A stretch of DNA of 56,617 nt, the filler included, from Basidioascus undulatus (lineage: Eukaryota): the NCBI GenBank assembly GCA_000826855.1. It is 3 parts of 3 records of this genome, joined end to end, with 100 filler letters (N's around TTAATTAATTAA, not from the genome) between each part and the next. Parts side by side here need not be neighbours in the genome. Positions count along the whole stretch, not along the records: positions 1 to 18,824 come from JTLS01000447.1; 2 more parts are not named here. The stretch is one strand, 5' to 3'. Of the stretch, positions 1-12,289 are shown piece after piece. The first letter of the stretch is position 1; each line of letters opens with the position of its first letter. The notes beneath the pieces are model-generated. The model did no database searches. It saw nothing but the letters and a program-made list of their open reading frames with translations, and was not told the origin of the DNA. Made by a program: the position numbers and the translations under genes.

Positions 1-296
1 ATCGGAAGGGTGGAGTAGCGGGGGTGGGGGGGACTTGCGTCGGCGGCGGAGATTGGTGCGGAGGACGGCTGGGAGGAAGGAAGAACCTGCGTCGTGGCCG
101 CGTCGGGGTGAGAACGCTAGCCGCGCGCAAGCATGTGGAGGAGCCTCACGCTATACGAGCTGAGCCTTCTGACACAATCCAGTGACCCTAGGGCTGTCCG
201 AAAATCACGGATTGAAAGAACGCAGTCCGGCGCGGCGATGCCCCGCCCGATGGAGGAGGACGAAACTGCACCGAGCCAGCGGCGCACGCGAGACAT
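1..296 (-). CDS. possible 5' part of a gene running off the contig edge (hypothetical)
   Basis: ATG at 296 (MSRVRRWLGAVSSSS, Arg/Ser-rich, presequence-like), a candidate GTGAGG donor near 148 and a CGCAG acceptor near 87; no recognisable domain. Confidence 0.2.
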
Positions 297-3200
297 CGCG
301 CGGCGGAAGCGGGGTTCGATCGAGCGAGAATTGAGAGTGCGAGGGGTTTGAACATGATCAGTTTTTGAATGAAGCAATAGAGGGTAAGTGAGGGGAGAGG
401 ATGCCAGAATGGGATCCACGATGATGGTGGCGTGAAGTTGAAGAGGCAAAAGGCCGTCGCAGGCAGGTCGCTCTTGTTTGCTCGGCGTAGTATAGGCAAA
501 TTTTCATAGCGTGTGCGTAAAACTCGTTTAATGATAAAATGCTCAAAATATATCGAAAGCTTTTCTCATTCATGTATATGGCGCACGCGTACGAGGGCGC
601 GTTTCGAATCCCCCACGGGCATTCGCACGTTCGGCGATTCGCATTTTCGGGACTGACTGCCTTCGCCTTTTTCGGTCATCATCATGAGGAATTTTTTGAC
701 CGTAAACCAGATCTTATATCCCAACGCGGACCTCTCGAGAGCGTCTGAGTTCGCGAGACCGGCTCGCACATCACGATCGTCACCTTCTCACAGACGGTGT
801 CAAATTCCGAAACTCATTTCCGAGCGAGGTTGAGTGAGTAACGCACTTTGGGGCTTAGGATAACCTTATAAATAATTACAATCCAATGGTTCTGGTCCTC
901 AGGGCCGAAAAGGGGAAGTTGGAGTGTTCAGCAGTAGTGGAAGTCCCGCAGACCAGTGCAGACGGACGCCGTTACCTACATCCAGCTCCTTACCACAATG
1001 GCTGTACGACTGGCATCTCACTATGTACCCAAAACTTCTACAGCCTGATATTCAAGCCCTTCAAGTAGGGTAATACGGGGGCTGCGCACTAGAAGGCGGC
1101 ACTGGATATTCGGAGAGCTTGAAGACCGGTACAGTCCGGGACGTCCGCGTTGCTTTCACGAACGATATCGAGCTCGTCCAGAGCATATACAGCGACCTGT
1201 CAAAGAGATTGCGTCAGGACAAAACCACCGGCGACCCTTGGGCGACCCGACCTCCTGTTCTGCGACTTCTGGCGGCGGCCTTGGTGCCGCAGTTTTGCCC
1301 TGTTCTTCCCGGGTGCATATTGCGCAGTCCACATGGCGTCGACGGACACGAGTGTTCCCGGTGTGCCCCGACGACCTCTGCATCTGATTCGACTTCAGCG
1401 CCAGGAGATTGCAGGAGAGCTCGGCTGGAGTCCGGCTCGGCTAGATGGTTTGTGGGGCTCAGTATGCTGTCCGTGGGGGCCCGATAGTCAACCCTTACAC
1501 TGGTGGTCGGTGCCGGGCAGCCGAGTTCAGGTCCCGCAAACTGCTTCTCACCCCTTCTTATACAGGGGTATAGACCTCTGTAGTCTGAATGGCATATATT
1601 CATGATTAAGCCGCTGATGTTCGGAGACCCGAAAGATGGAAGCGCACAAGCGGAGGTGCGAGGAGCAAAGTAGAGGGAAACGGCCTGTGCACCATTAGTG
1701 AGTTTTAGACCGTACATCCAGGGTCGAGCTCAGCATCGAAGCCCAAATCAATCTACGAACATACAACCTGGTCTCAACCACTTCTCCCGAATGAAACGCA
1801 TCAGATCATCGCTCACTGTTCTTTCGTCTGGGGCGTGAACTTGATATCTTCCGTCCCTCCAGCCAGCAGCCTGCCGTTGTCTCCTCTCTGCTATCATCTT
1901 ACGAGTCGCAGGATACCCACGCTCACTACCCATCACTTTCCCTCTCACGTACTCCGCACTTTCCTTCTCCTGCGGCTCGCAGCGTGCTCAGCGGGGCCGG
2001 AGCCGTCATGGTTGCAACACCTTACATGGACGCGGTCGAATACTCTTCGGCGGGTCAAAGGGCTGGGCTGGCCGTAGGTTGTCTGATATTAGGAAGGTAA
2101 AAGTGCGGGGTTGACGACAGTGAGGCTGTCCTGCAGATAATCGGTGCGGCAGGAACTCTCTCCGCGGTCTCTACCTTTAGCCTCCTACTCTACATACTTG
2201 TCAGTCAACTCTTTTCTCTGTTCTTTTTTAAACTTGATATCATTTGAAATAACTGACTGGGAATGTGCAGTGGCAAGGTGTCCTAGCACCACCGTCAAGA
2301 CGAACGGACGTCACGGAGGGCATTCGCAGCTTTCTTCGCTCAAGCCTGGGAGGGTACTTGGCGTCTTTGATCCTTTGCGATTTTGTGCAAGGCGTCGCTT
2401 TTTCCTTCAACTTCAAGTGAGTCAATGCGTCCTTTCGAGACATGCTCTCGCTGACATCGAAGTTCTCCCGGTCGCAGATGGTCTGCGCTGGGACAGATCA
2501 AAGCAAGTCCTGTCTGTAACGCACAGGGTTTGAACTTCACATCTTCTCACATAAATTGAATTGAGCTCACGAGAAAAGGTTCACTCTCTAGGTGGAATGT
2601 CCCAACTCGGGGACCTCGGCAGCGTCGTCTGGAGTCTCTGCATTACCTGCCACACCTTCTGTACGTACACCGCCCCGAACGCATGAGCTAGGATTGGCTG
2701 ATCAAAAGATACGTTATAGCGGTACTCTTCTACACTCGTCGACCCCCGGGATGGGTAGCCCCTGTCGTACTGTTCTGCGGCTGGGTCATCATCATCGTAC
2801 TTCCCATCATCGGACCCACGGTCCTTCAACAGCCTCATCAGTCTTTCTATTCTGTCAGCGGCACCTGGTGCTGGTGAGTTTCGATGGTCAATGACCGGCA
2901 ATTTCGTACTGAACCCATCCACAGGATCAGCACTCCCTACGAGATTCCTCGCCTGTTCTACTTCTACGTGCGTTGTGCCGCACTCGACTGACGGACCGAG
3001 CGTCGACCTGAGGTTGTTCCCATTTCAGATCTGGGCTCTCTTGGATCTCCCGCTCTCAGTCCTTCTTTACGGCCTGATTTGTAAGTGGCAACGGGTCACC
3101 ATCTGGGCTCGAGTCTGACGGCATCTCTCGTCGGCAGATCTCCGCTTCTCTGGATACCTCGTTGTGGAAGGGACGAAGGTCAGCATCGGAAATGGTCGCG

Positions 3201-4837
3201 CTTCTTTGGCCTGCCTCATGCCATGGTCGAGCACGGTCAACCACTCCAGTCACGGCGGCGGTTCGGGCTCTGGCCCGTCGAGTGGACACCGCGGTACAAA
3301 CAACAGCGACGACGCGCCGGTGGGAAAGCATGTCAGGATGGTTGCGAGGAAGCTCATGCTGTAAGTACGCTTTGAAAGGGCGAAAACAGGTATTCACAGC
3401 ATGGTTCCCCATAGATATCCTTTTGCCTTCTTCTTCAACCTCCTCCCAGTGAGCATTGCAAAGCTCGGCCTCATGAGCCGCTGGACTCCGCCGTTCTGGT
3501 GTGTCGACTAGCTCTGCTGCTGAGACGTCCGCTGATACGCCCCGCCCTAACAGGTTCTTCGTTTATGCCGGCGCATCGTTCTCCCTCACCGGGTATGTTT
3601 TGACGCGGACGGGAGGCCCAGAGTTCAAAGCTCATTGCGCTAGGACGGCAGAACTGTCAATGTCGTGCTCTTCCTTTTGACCCGACACAGCTTCATCCGC
3701 AAGGTCCATCGTAACACAAGGCGCATTCACGTTACTACGCAGTGCGTTCCATTCCGTGCATCGTTTCCCTTTCTCGGTAGCTCAATCTTTCCCTCCTCTC
3801 CTGATCAGTCAGTACGTCCATAGCAATCTGATCCCTTGCGTTTCCTGAGGACCGTATATAACTAAAAACTCATGTCCCAGGATTACAATGATCGAAAGCG
3901 ACCGCGAGTTCACGTCCGGCGTGACCGCCACCATGACCCCGAAAGTCCGCATCGACGGGACCACCACTATCGAGCTGCAAGACTTCACTCCCGCTCAGTC
4001 CAACGAGAGGTTGGACCAATATGGGGGGCTCTGTCAGGAAGACCAAAAGATGCATGAGCACGATGGCGACGGCGATTCTATGGCGAGTCGCCAGGCTTTA
4101 GTTCGCTTAGAAACCGGAGGACACTCTTGACCAGGTTCGCATGCACAAAACCATTGCTCTAACCACCATTCTTCTGTCCGACTGTTCGAGAGAAAGTCTC
4201 ACGGAAGACCCTCATTTCCCACTGTCAATCTGTAGTCGTACTGCTGTTGTGCTGCACGAAGCATGGGACATGTCGATAGGCTAAGTCCTTCTGCGCCTAA
4301 TGATGAACGAGCGGCTATTTCACAAGACCTTCGGAGGCCCAGCCTAGTCAAGCCTCAAGTAATATCGAGCGCAGATGGTCAGGCTGGACAGCCACACGCC
4401 TGAAGGTCAATTCCACTTCAAAGGACAGCTGCCGTTATGGCCTCGCTGTACCGCTCTCGAGAATACATAGCTAGTCCTCAAGCTACGTCATATAAGTACA
4501 TAATTTTTCATGCTCTGAAGTGTTTCTGCGCTACTGAGCCGACGACGCTCAAGGCTGAGTTATATGTCGGCATTCTTGGTTCGCACATCCCTTCCCGCTG
4601 GGTAGTGGCCTCTCAGGCCTCTCTTATTGAGTGCCTGGAAGTGTCAGATTCACATGAAGGTGCTTTTTAATGAACAATAACCCTTTTCCGCGTTATCCAT
4701 ATACCTTGGATATTGGGCGGAGACCTGGCTGCTGCTTGCAATGTGGAGCTTGACGCATCTTGACGTGTCTAACGCCAACGGACACGCTATTGGACACGCC
4801 TCTCGGACACCAACCATCATCTTCATCTACCCCCACC

Positions 4838-6320
4838 ATGACCTTGAATGCGTTCGACTTCATTCCAGACGATCCGTGAAATCTTCGAATGGACTCTTTC
4901 CAGCAGCGAGCTGTTCGTCCTTTTCACGCACCGCATCCGTCTCGCACACCTCAAACGGCGGCTGCGGAGCATCGCGCTCTCGCTCATCTACCACGACCTT
5001 CGCTGCCAACTGCCTTTTCGGTCTTCACTGAGCCCGGCGTTTGTGCATGAGGGGCGTATTTCATTCACGCAGAGGGCTACACGTACGTTGGTGGGAAGCA
5101 TGGATTCCCTATCTAAGTAATCCCTATCGAAAATCTACCCGCTCGCGTCGGCAAGGCCTGTGTTTCAACTTGGTCGATCGCATCCGCGCGGGAAGCACAT
5201 CCACCTTTCGTGCAATCACATCATGTCCATTCATGACCATGTCGTACCTTGTCCGAACTTGTTCTCGCTCTCCTTCGTCTCTTACCCGCGACAGGACTTC
5301 ACCTCGCCTGCGCTACGCTTTTCAAACTCGCCGCGGCTCACAGTCCCAGTGGTGTTAACGCTCGTAGTGGATGATCGGCGCCAACTCAGCACGCGGATCT
5401 TCCGCACCCTTCTCTTCGCCGCTTACTCGCCCCTCTCTTCAATCTGGAAGGAAGCGCCTAGCTGGCCTAACCTGGAGACATGCGATATAAACTCCGGCTC
5501 GCCGTATCACACGCGTCCAGCGCGATCTTCTCGTTGATGCGTTGTCTCACCCATCGCCTCTAGCGCCCCTCTTTCCGGCGCTCACAACCGTCCGCTTTCG
5601 TAGAGGATTTCGCTTTGAGGACGACCGTCTCCTCGTCTTCGCGCTGCATGTACGGCACGTTGTCATCAACGGCTCGATGTTCGAGAACGGCTGCATCACT
5701 GCTATCATCGCGCTCTCGCGCCTTCCTCACCTCGAAACCTTCGATATTCAGCCTTCTCGCCTCACATCGGGGCTGATACAGTGCCGCTTCGTCCATGTGC
5801 CGCGTCTCATTGACCTGGGACCTGTGGATGGTGCTTCACTCTTTCCATCAGGCACATGCTTTCCCACAAGATCTGACTCGAGGTGAGCAGGACTCTTATC
5901 GACACGCCTTCAGCTCGGCGCAGAACCTGCGCATCCTCCGTCTTCAAGCCACCGTCGTCGAACATCTCTCCTCTCCGCTCCCTTCGGAAGTTGCGCTCAA
6001 TGAACTTGAGATACCCTGCGCGCATCTCTGCTATGCCGTCGGTCAACGCACCCGTAGATGTTCTACTCGAAGTGTACTCGGAGCACGGCGGGAGGGTTCC
6101 CCTCGAGCGGCCGCAGTTGGAGGTGAGCCTGGAGGCGGGTGAAGGGGCCGTGAATGACCCCTGTTGTTGGTGGAAAGGTGTCAAGAGGAGGGTCCACGGC
6201 GGCGCTCAGCAAGAATGGCGAACGGGTATCGGCGGAACACCAGTTCGCGTTCAGGCACGCGGCACTGTTGTAATATGTAACGGTTTGAAGGTTATTTATC
6301 GGATAAAAGAAAAGTCCTGA
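4838..6320 (+). pseudogene. F-box/LRR (RNI-like) protein, frameshifted
   Basis: MTLNAFDFIPDD switches frame into IREIFEW (F-box LPxEIxxEIF-like). Downstream LRR-like segments lie in different frames: WPNLETCDI, FPALTTVRF, LPHLETFDI, AQNLRILRL, ALNELEI. Confidence 0.55.
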
Positions 6321-7046
6321 TGTCCCCAATGTCGTTACATCCACGGCACGTCAGCTCCCTACCTTTGAGAAAGCATCTTGCTACGCCTCGCAACCATGGC
6401 CCAGTCTGCGCGTACGCAAGTTGCTGTTCTCACAATAGGCTCCGCACTCAAGGGTCGCATAATAATATAATACTGTCCCGATCCTCTTAGTTTCACTCAT
6501 AACCTCATCTCAGCGGTGATCCACTGGAGAATGATCGACAGTCCGGAAGGAGCCGCGAAGCAGACGCTGAGTACTTTCTCCCAGGCAGACTTCAGGAACA
6601 GGATTGGGCAGAGGTGGTTGAGCAATAGCCTGTCATAGCGTTAGCTAACTTTGGGAAGAATCAAATAAAGTAGCTCAATTTCATCTTGTCCACGCACCTG
6701 CCAAGCTTCTGCGCCGTGTCCTGATTGTCGATGTAATGAAGAGTTGAAATGCAAAGTGCTCGATATCTTATTATGAACTCCAACAGAAGGCCAATCCAGG
6801 AACAACCGTGTGCGCTTGCGTGTCATCGGACGCGGAAGAGGACGGTCCGCTTCGGTTCACAAGGCATGCAGCCAATTATTGCGTATGGCTGCGTGTCATC
6901 GGATACCAAAGAGAACGTTCCGCTTGGTACATTGGGACTGCGTAGCTTTGAGTTCAAGGAGACGCCGGTTTGTTACCGCACTCTCATGGTCCCTCTCTTC
7001 CATCCTTCACGCACTGTCGCGCTGCATTAACTTCACGCCCCTCATC

Positions 7047-7938
7047 ATGAACGCCGACCCTGACACGCTCGCTTGGATCTCATGGCGCAACGCTCGCCCG
7101 AAAGAGCACGGGTGCACATTGATCACGCACGAAAAGAAGTACTATGAGCTTGACACATGGGGCGTCAAGACTTGCGTCAAACGTTCGCTTCGCCCAGCGG
7201 AATGGGGGACCAACCTGGTGAGCTTAGCGGTGTTTCAGTCACGCCAGTTCTACCGCATTCAACCCGCTTCACCAAAAACACTGAGTCATTGTTCCCGACA
7301 TCTGCCTCCAACGTCTCCGCAACGAGGCTGCCGCCATTGAGTTCGTCCGCGCCAAAACCGACATCCCAGTGCCTATGGTCCGGTGCGCGTTCGAAGACGA
7401 CGGGGCCTTCTACCTGATAACCGGTCAGTGATTACACGATGCTCCATCCATATCACCATCCAAACTCTGCTCAACCAGTAATCCCTCTCATAGACTTCGT
7501 CGAGGGAGTCTCGCTGGGCAAGCTACCGGATGAGCAGAAGCCGGCGGTCTTCAAGCAGCTCGAGGCGCACCTCTCTACGCTGCACAAGCTCACGTCGACC
7601 AAGCTGGGTGGCCTTGCAGGCGACTGCTGCTTCCCGGTGAAGCTCTCTCCCAATCTCTCGCGCCCCTTCCCCGCAAAGTACCGTGACGCCGACGTCGCCT
7701 GTGGGGAGGACCCATATGTGTTCTGCCACAATGACCTCGCGCAGCACAACGTCTCATCGTCGACCCCGACACGCTCGAGATCAGGGAAGTTCTGGACTGG
7801 AAGTACGCAGGGTTCTATCCGAAGGAGATGGAAGGACTGTTCTACCTCCGCCATGGAATGTCCGCTGCGCTCCCAGACGAGCATGACGACGTCCCCACGC
7901 TGCTAGACATGCTCCGCCGTCTCGAGCTGAAGGCCTAG
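7047..7938 (+). pseudogene. aminoglycoside-phosphotransferase (APH)/kinase-like protein with a frameshift
   Basis: Motifs VKR, RLRNEAAAIEFVRAKTDIPVP, YLIT-(intron)-DFVEG, FCHNDLAQHN, then a frame switch to IVDPDTLEIREVLDWKYAGFYP; stop TAG at 7936-7938. Confidence 0.75.
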
Positions 7939-8943
7939 AGGTGCGCTATAATTGATTTGTCCATCCACGTTATATAGATTGCGTTCGTACCTCTCTGACT
8001 CATCACCTGAGCTAAACATCATTTTAAAAGCTCCGCAATGCTCTTCGCAGAGTCTGGAAATGTTGTTGAACTCTCACCTCATACTTGTTCAAGGTGTTTC
8101 ATATTCGTGGGTTTGACGGACTCTTCTCATCTATCAATACTATTTATTAGCCTGGCAAACGTGTGCTGCACTTCCGTCGCCGGTCACTCTCGGCATCCTC
8201 TCAGAACTTCATGCGCTCTGAAGGCTCGAAAAAGGACTGTGGGTCAGTAATGGATGCAATGCTCACGGAATTACGCGTGGAGACTTACGTTTTGCCAGCG
8301 ACGAGTGGCAGGCCTCAAAGTGAGCAGGGAGCCCTCGAGCCGATGGATGACACAAGATGACAGGTACGCTTCTAGGACTTATAGGTAATTAAACTCGCAG
8401 TGTTCTTGTATTTTAAGAAGACCAGGCCTCGTGCAGTATTACGATTCTAAGGTGAACAGTTACGTGCTTGACAGTTCCCAAGGCACTGTCAGGTTGCACA
8501 CGTTGTTACATGTCGGCCTCGTTCATTTTGCAGTTTCTCCCTCTCTTCCGTTGCAGGGCGAACTTGTGCCATGGTACCAATTCACCTTTGTACCAATGGT
8601 TCCGGGAATCTGCAACTCTTCTGAAGGGCGAGCCAGACAGCCGCCGGTGGTAACACAGACTTTATTGGCGCAGACAAGCATAGCTGATACCTCTCTACAA
8701 CCGCAGTGTTCGCATGCTCGACTAGTTATAAGCAAGAAGACGACCTATGGCTCTTTGGGTTGGAAGGCGTCTCGGGGAGTGGCTCGCTGAGCGAGTCAAC
8801 GCAGCACAATAAGGCTCGGTAGGAGCTTGAGAGAGGAGGAATCTGTGGGCGATATAGGCTTCACCTGAAAGGGTATACAATGGTAAAACAGTGATTGAAC
8901 CGTTGGGACTTGCTTGGCTAGCGCGTAGCCGCCATAGCTCGAG

Positions 8944-8961
8944 GGTGTGTGTGTGTGTGTG
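8944..8961. repeat. (GT)n microsatellite
   Basis: Run of GT dinucleotides seen directly. Confidence 0.85.
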
Positions 8962-9403
8962 AGAGCTCAAGGGTGGTACGCGGTTTTCCGCATCTGGGAA
9001 GATGCGATTGCTGAGATCTCGTCAACCTCAAGGGAATATTCGACAGTGATACTGATATATTATTTGAGCCTATCATGAAGGTCTTTCGAAGCCATGCGGG
9101 GAAATATTCGACAGCGAGGATCCTGAGGCGTCGAGGCAGAACGCATGGTAGCGCTGCAGCCGCAGAGGGGACTCCAAGTCACTGATTAAGTACCATAACA
9201 ACATTCATACTCAAAGCCGGCAGATCAGGTTTCCTTAATGCGCGGCCCGACGAGCACAAGAATGTGTGGTGCGCTGGGCCTCGGGTCGTGCCGCCTCATG
9301 TCCTCGCCTCTCATTGCGCGCATCAGGCGCATCAGGCGCAATGCATCTGCGTAAAATGCAAGTCAGAATATTACTCAAATCCTCGCATCACCGCTCCTAG
9401 TAG

Positions 9404-10344
9404 TTACTGCATCCCCAAGCCAAGCCCGTAGCTACCGGGCAGTACAGCCACCGGCTCCTGCTTATCGCTAACCGACAGCTTCGCGGCCTGCGCCACAAGA
9501 CTATCCCCGAACGTCGCCACTCCGCTCGTGCGGGGGCTGGTATATCCCGGCGCGGGGCTAAACGCCTGGCCAGGGGCGTCCGCGAACCTGGGGCTGGTAC
9601 TCCCCGCCACGGGCGTCTTGTCCGGGTCCACTGCTGCGCCTCCGTTGCCCTCGACCTGCGCACGCCAGTCGCCGCGCTGGGCGGCCCACTTGCCCACGAC
9701 GAACGCCTGCTCGCGCACGCGCTCGACGTGCTCCGTTAGGCGCTGCACGTCCGCGAGCGTCGGCCATCGGGACGGGTTCGCGGCGTGCCCGGCCTGCGCG
9801 GCGGAGAGGACCGTCCGCGCTGTGGAGGAGGGCAGGCCGCGCAGGTACAGGTGCATCGCTTCGCGCTCTGAGAGCGGGACGCAGCGCGCGAGCGCGTGCG
9901 AGAAGAGGTGGTTCACGTGCGAGGAGTAGTCGGCGGCGGAGGTGAAGTCGGACTGTGAGGAGGGGCGTGAGCGGGGGGTGGTTGGGCGGGTGATGCGTAC
10001 AGAGTATGGGGCGAAAGACAAGGCTGGGGGAGGGAAAGGGGAAGGGAGTTAGGGAAAAGAAGACGCACCCTTCGCAAACTGAGCATCATCTCCCGCATCG
10101 CAAACTCCTCTTCCGGTCCCGCAGGAGCCGCAGGCGGACTGCCCGTATTGGGCGTCGGCCTCCCGCCGCGACTTAGACTGGGCGTACTCGCTGGTCCCCC
10201 AGCGCTCGGGCCCGAGCGGTATGCGGGCGGCGGGGTTGCCATTGGAGGGGTTGAGGGACGGCGGTGGTGCTTGGGCGTCGCGGAGGAGGATGGGAAAGAC
10301 GATGTCGAGGCCGAGGCCACTGAGGGCGGTGGGGCGTTCGGCAT
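9404..10344 (-). CDS. 274-aa protein with Pro/Ser-rich N-terminus and a retrotransposon Gag capsid-like domain
   Basis: Exon 1 is 10344-10069, the GTGCGT...CACAG intron is 10068-9953, exon 2 is 9952-9404; they splice in frame with no stops. Core: LSLRRSDFTSAADYSSHVNHLF...LSEREAMHLYLRGLPSSTARTV...WPTLADVQRLTEHVE. Confidence 0.7.
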
Positions 10345-12289
10345 GGCGGATCAAGAGCGAAGGTGGGTCCAAGAGAAAAGAAAGACGACCAGGGAGTTGA
10401 AAGGACTGTTGAGAGTGAGAGTGAAAGGCAGAAAGGCAAGTTGCAAGCCGAGGGAGCCAACATTCCATCCCGAGCTCGGCGCCGCGGTCTCCCAGAATAT
10501 ATCCTCAATCACATGCGCATGAATCAGCGTTAGTGACCATCAAGAAAGTAAGACAAGGCTGCATATAGGAGGGGGAGCTGGGGCTGTGCGAAATGATTGT
10601 TAACAGTCCCGCGCACACGTCTATATGCTGAGGAGCGGCCCCGGCTGCTTTTCTGAATCGCGCCATGGCGTCCCTTGCAACTTAGACCGGCAATTTGGGC
10701 ACGCTTGTTGGAATAAGTTAAGGCAGACACATGTTTCGCTGTTTGATCAACGATGGTAGGGAGAAAAGAAAACGTGGAATAAGAGCAAAAAGTGGATAAC
10801 GACAGACTGACATATGTCAGCCGGCTGCGATTGACATCGTAGACACCGGCGCGCGGCGACAGTCCCGAGCCCGGAAGGCAATATCAGGTGCATGGCGCAT
10901 GCTCTTCTCTTCATTCTTCAGTCATAACATGTGCAAAACTGGGCTGAAGATGCTGAACGAACATCTGGAGCTGGGAAACGACGGGGAGGACATACAGTTG
11001 TTCTCTGACGACAGGGACCAGCACACCGGTTGACGGGAGAGGGGCCATGGCCGTGTGCGGCACGCACCATGCCTGCTGCAAGGCCCAAGGGCAATCCGAA
11101 AAACTGTAAACGCACCCGGAACCGGGTACTCAGGGGGAATCGCAGCTGGATGGGCGTGACTTATAATTATGCCCGTTAACTTTCTTGAGTTACTGCCAGA
11201 CACTGATCATACGTCTTCAGAACTTTGCTTGCCGAGAAGTGAGGCTCCATCTTTCCTTTCCCTCCACTGATGCAGGTTGATTTATTGACCCAGAAATTCC
11301 TCAGCGTAACGATCTCCGAATCTGGTGTAAGATTTTTATATTCAACTCGGGTTTCTTGAAGAGTTGGAAAATGACTAATATACATCTGTGCTTCAGAACC
11401 TTTGCCTTAACTTGACTACCCTGCCCGGCCTACCGAAGAAAGCGCGTCGCAAGGCACCTTATGTCGAGGCAAGCGTTATATCCCTTCCCAATGTTTAGGA
11501 TTTTACTAACCTGGAGTTGTCTGTATAGGCCTGGAACGCAGACGGAACTGGATATGCCAGCGCTTGCTCGGAATATGTGCGTGGACCTGCTGGTTTTGTT
11601 TCTCTTTCTAAACACGTGGGAGCAAAGGGGTCGATGGAAAAAGATCTAAGGTTTCTTTCAACCATTGTTTTTACTCCTTTCATTGAGTCGTTGCACAACA
11701 AATGGTGCATGAACGACACCCTCGCAGACCGCGAGAAGACCTGCTCCTGGAACTGCGCCGCCACGGACGTCCACACCTTCTGTTCTGGGTAAGCTAACTC
11801 TCCTACTGCTTAAATGAAGAAGATACATTTCCTTATTTCAGTGTACTCCTCCAGCGACTGCTAAGACCACGAAGCGGCTGAATCCTCCTCCACTGCTGCT
11901 ACTTCCCCCGCCCCGACTAGAGACTCCCATGGAGACGACAGCGGACCCGTCACCCATGTGGCCAACATCCCATTTGCGACGCTTGCGGTTACGCTGTTCT
12001 TGGCCTTCGGTTCGGCGACGCTCGGCCTCTAGTTTCTCTTTATCCTTCTCGGAGGTGGTCACAGGGCTTTGATAGAGTGGGGTTTGGGGTACCTGATCTT
12101 TTGGCGATTGATGAAGCGTCCTGAATTCCATAGTATGGAATGCCTCTTTGACATCTTGCTTGCGGAGCTGGTTTTCGCGTTCTGTGTCGACTTTCACCGA
12201 CGCGCCGACAAGTGTCATGGCACGAAACTTTAAAACAAGGCTAATAGGGTTCAAGAAGTCAATATTTGCAATGTCCATGTCGGTTCAGC

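Noticed and set aside
880..4130. Coding-like remnants (1119-1605, 2581-3650, 3888-4130)
   Set aside because: Interrupted by stops with no recognisable family motif; no specific call can be supported.
10900..12280. Short minus-strand ORFs downstream of the fucosidase as a gene or a pol partner for the Gag-like gene
   Set aside because: No protease, RT or integrase motifs were seen and no consistent exon chain could be built.
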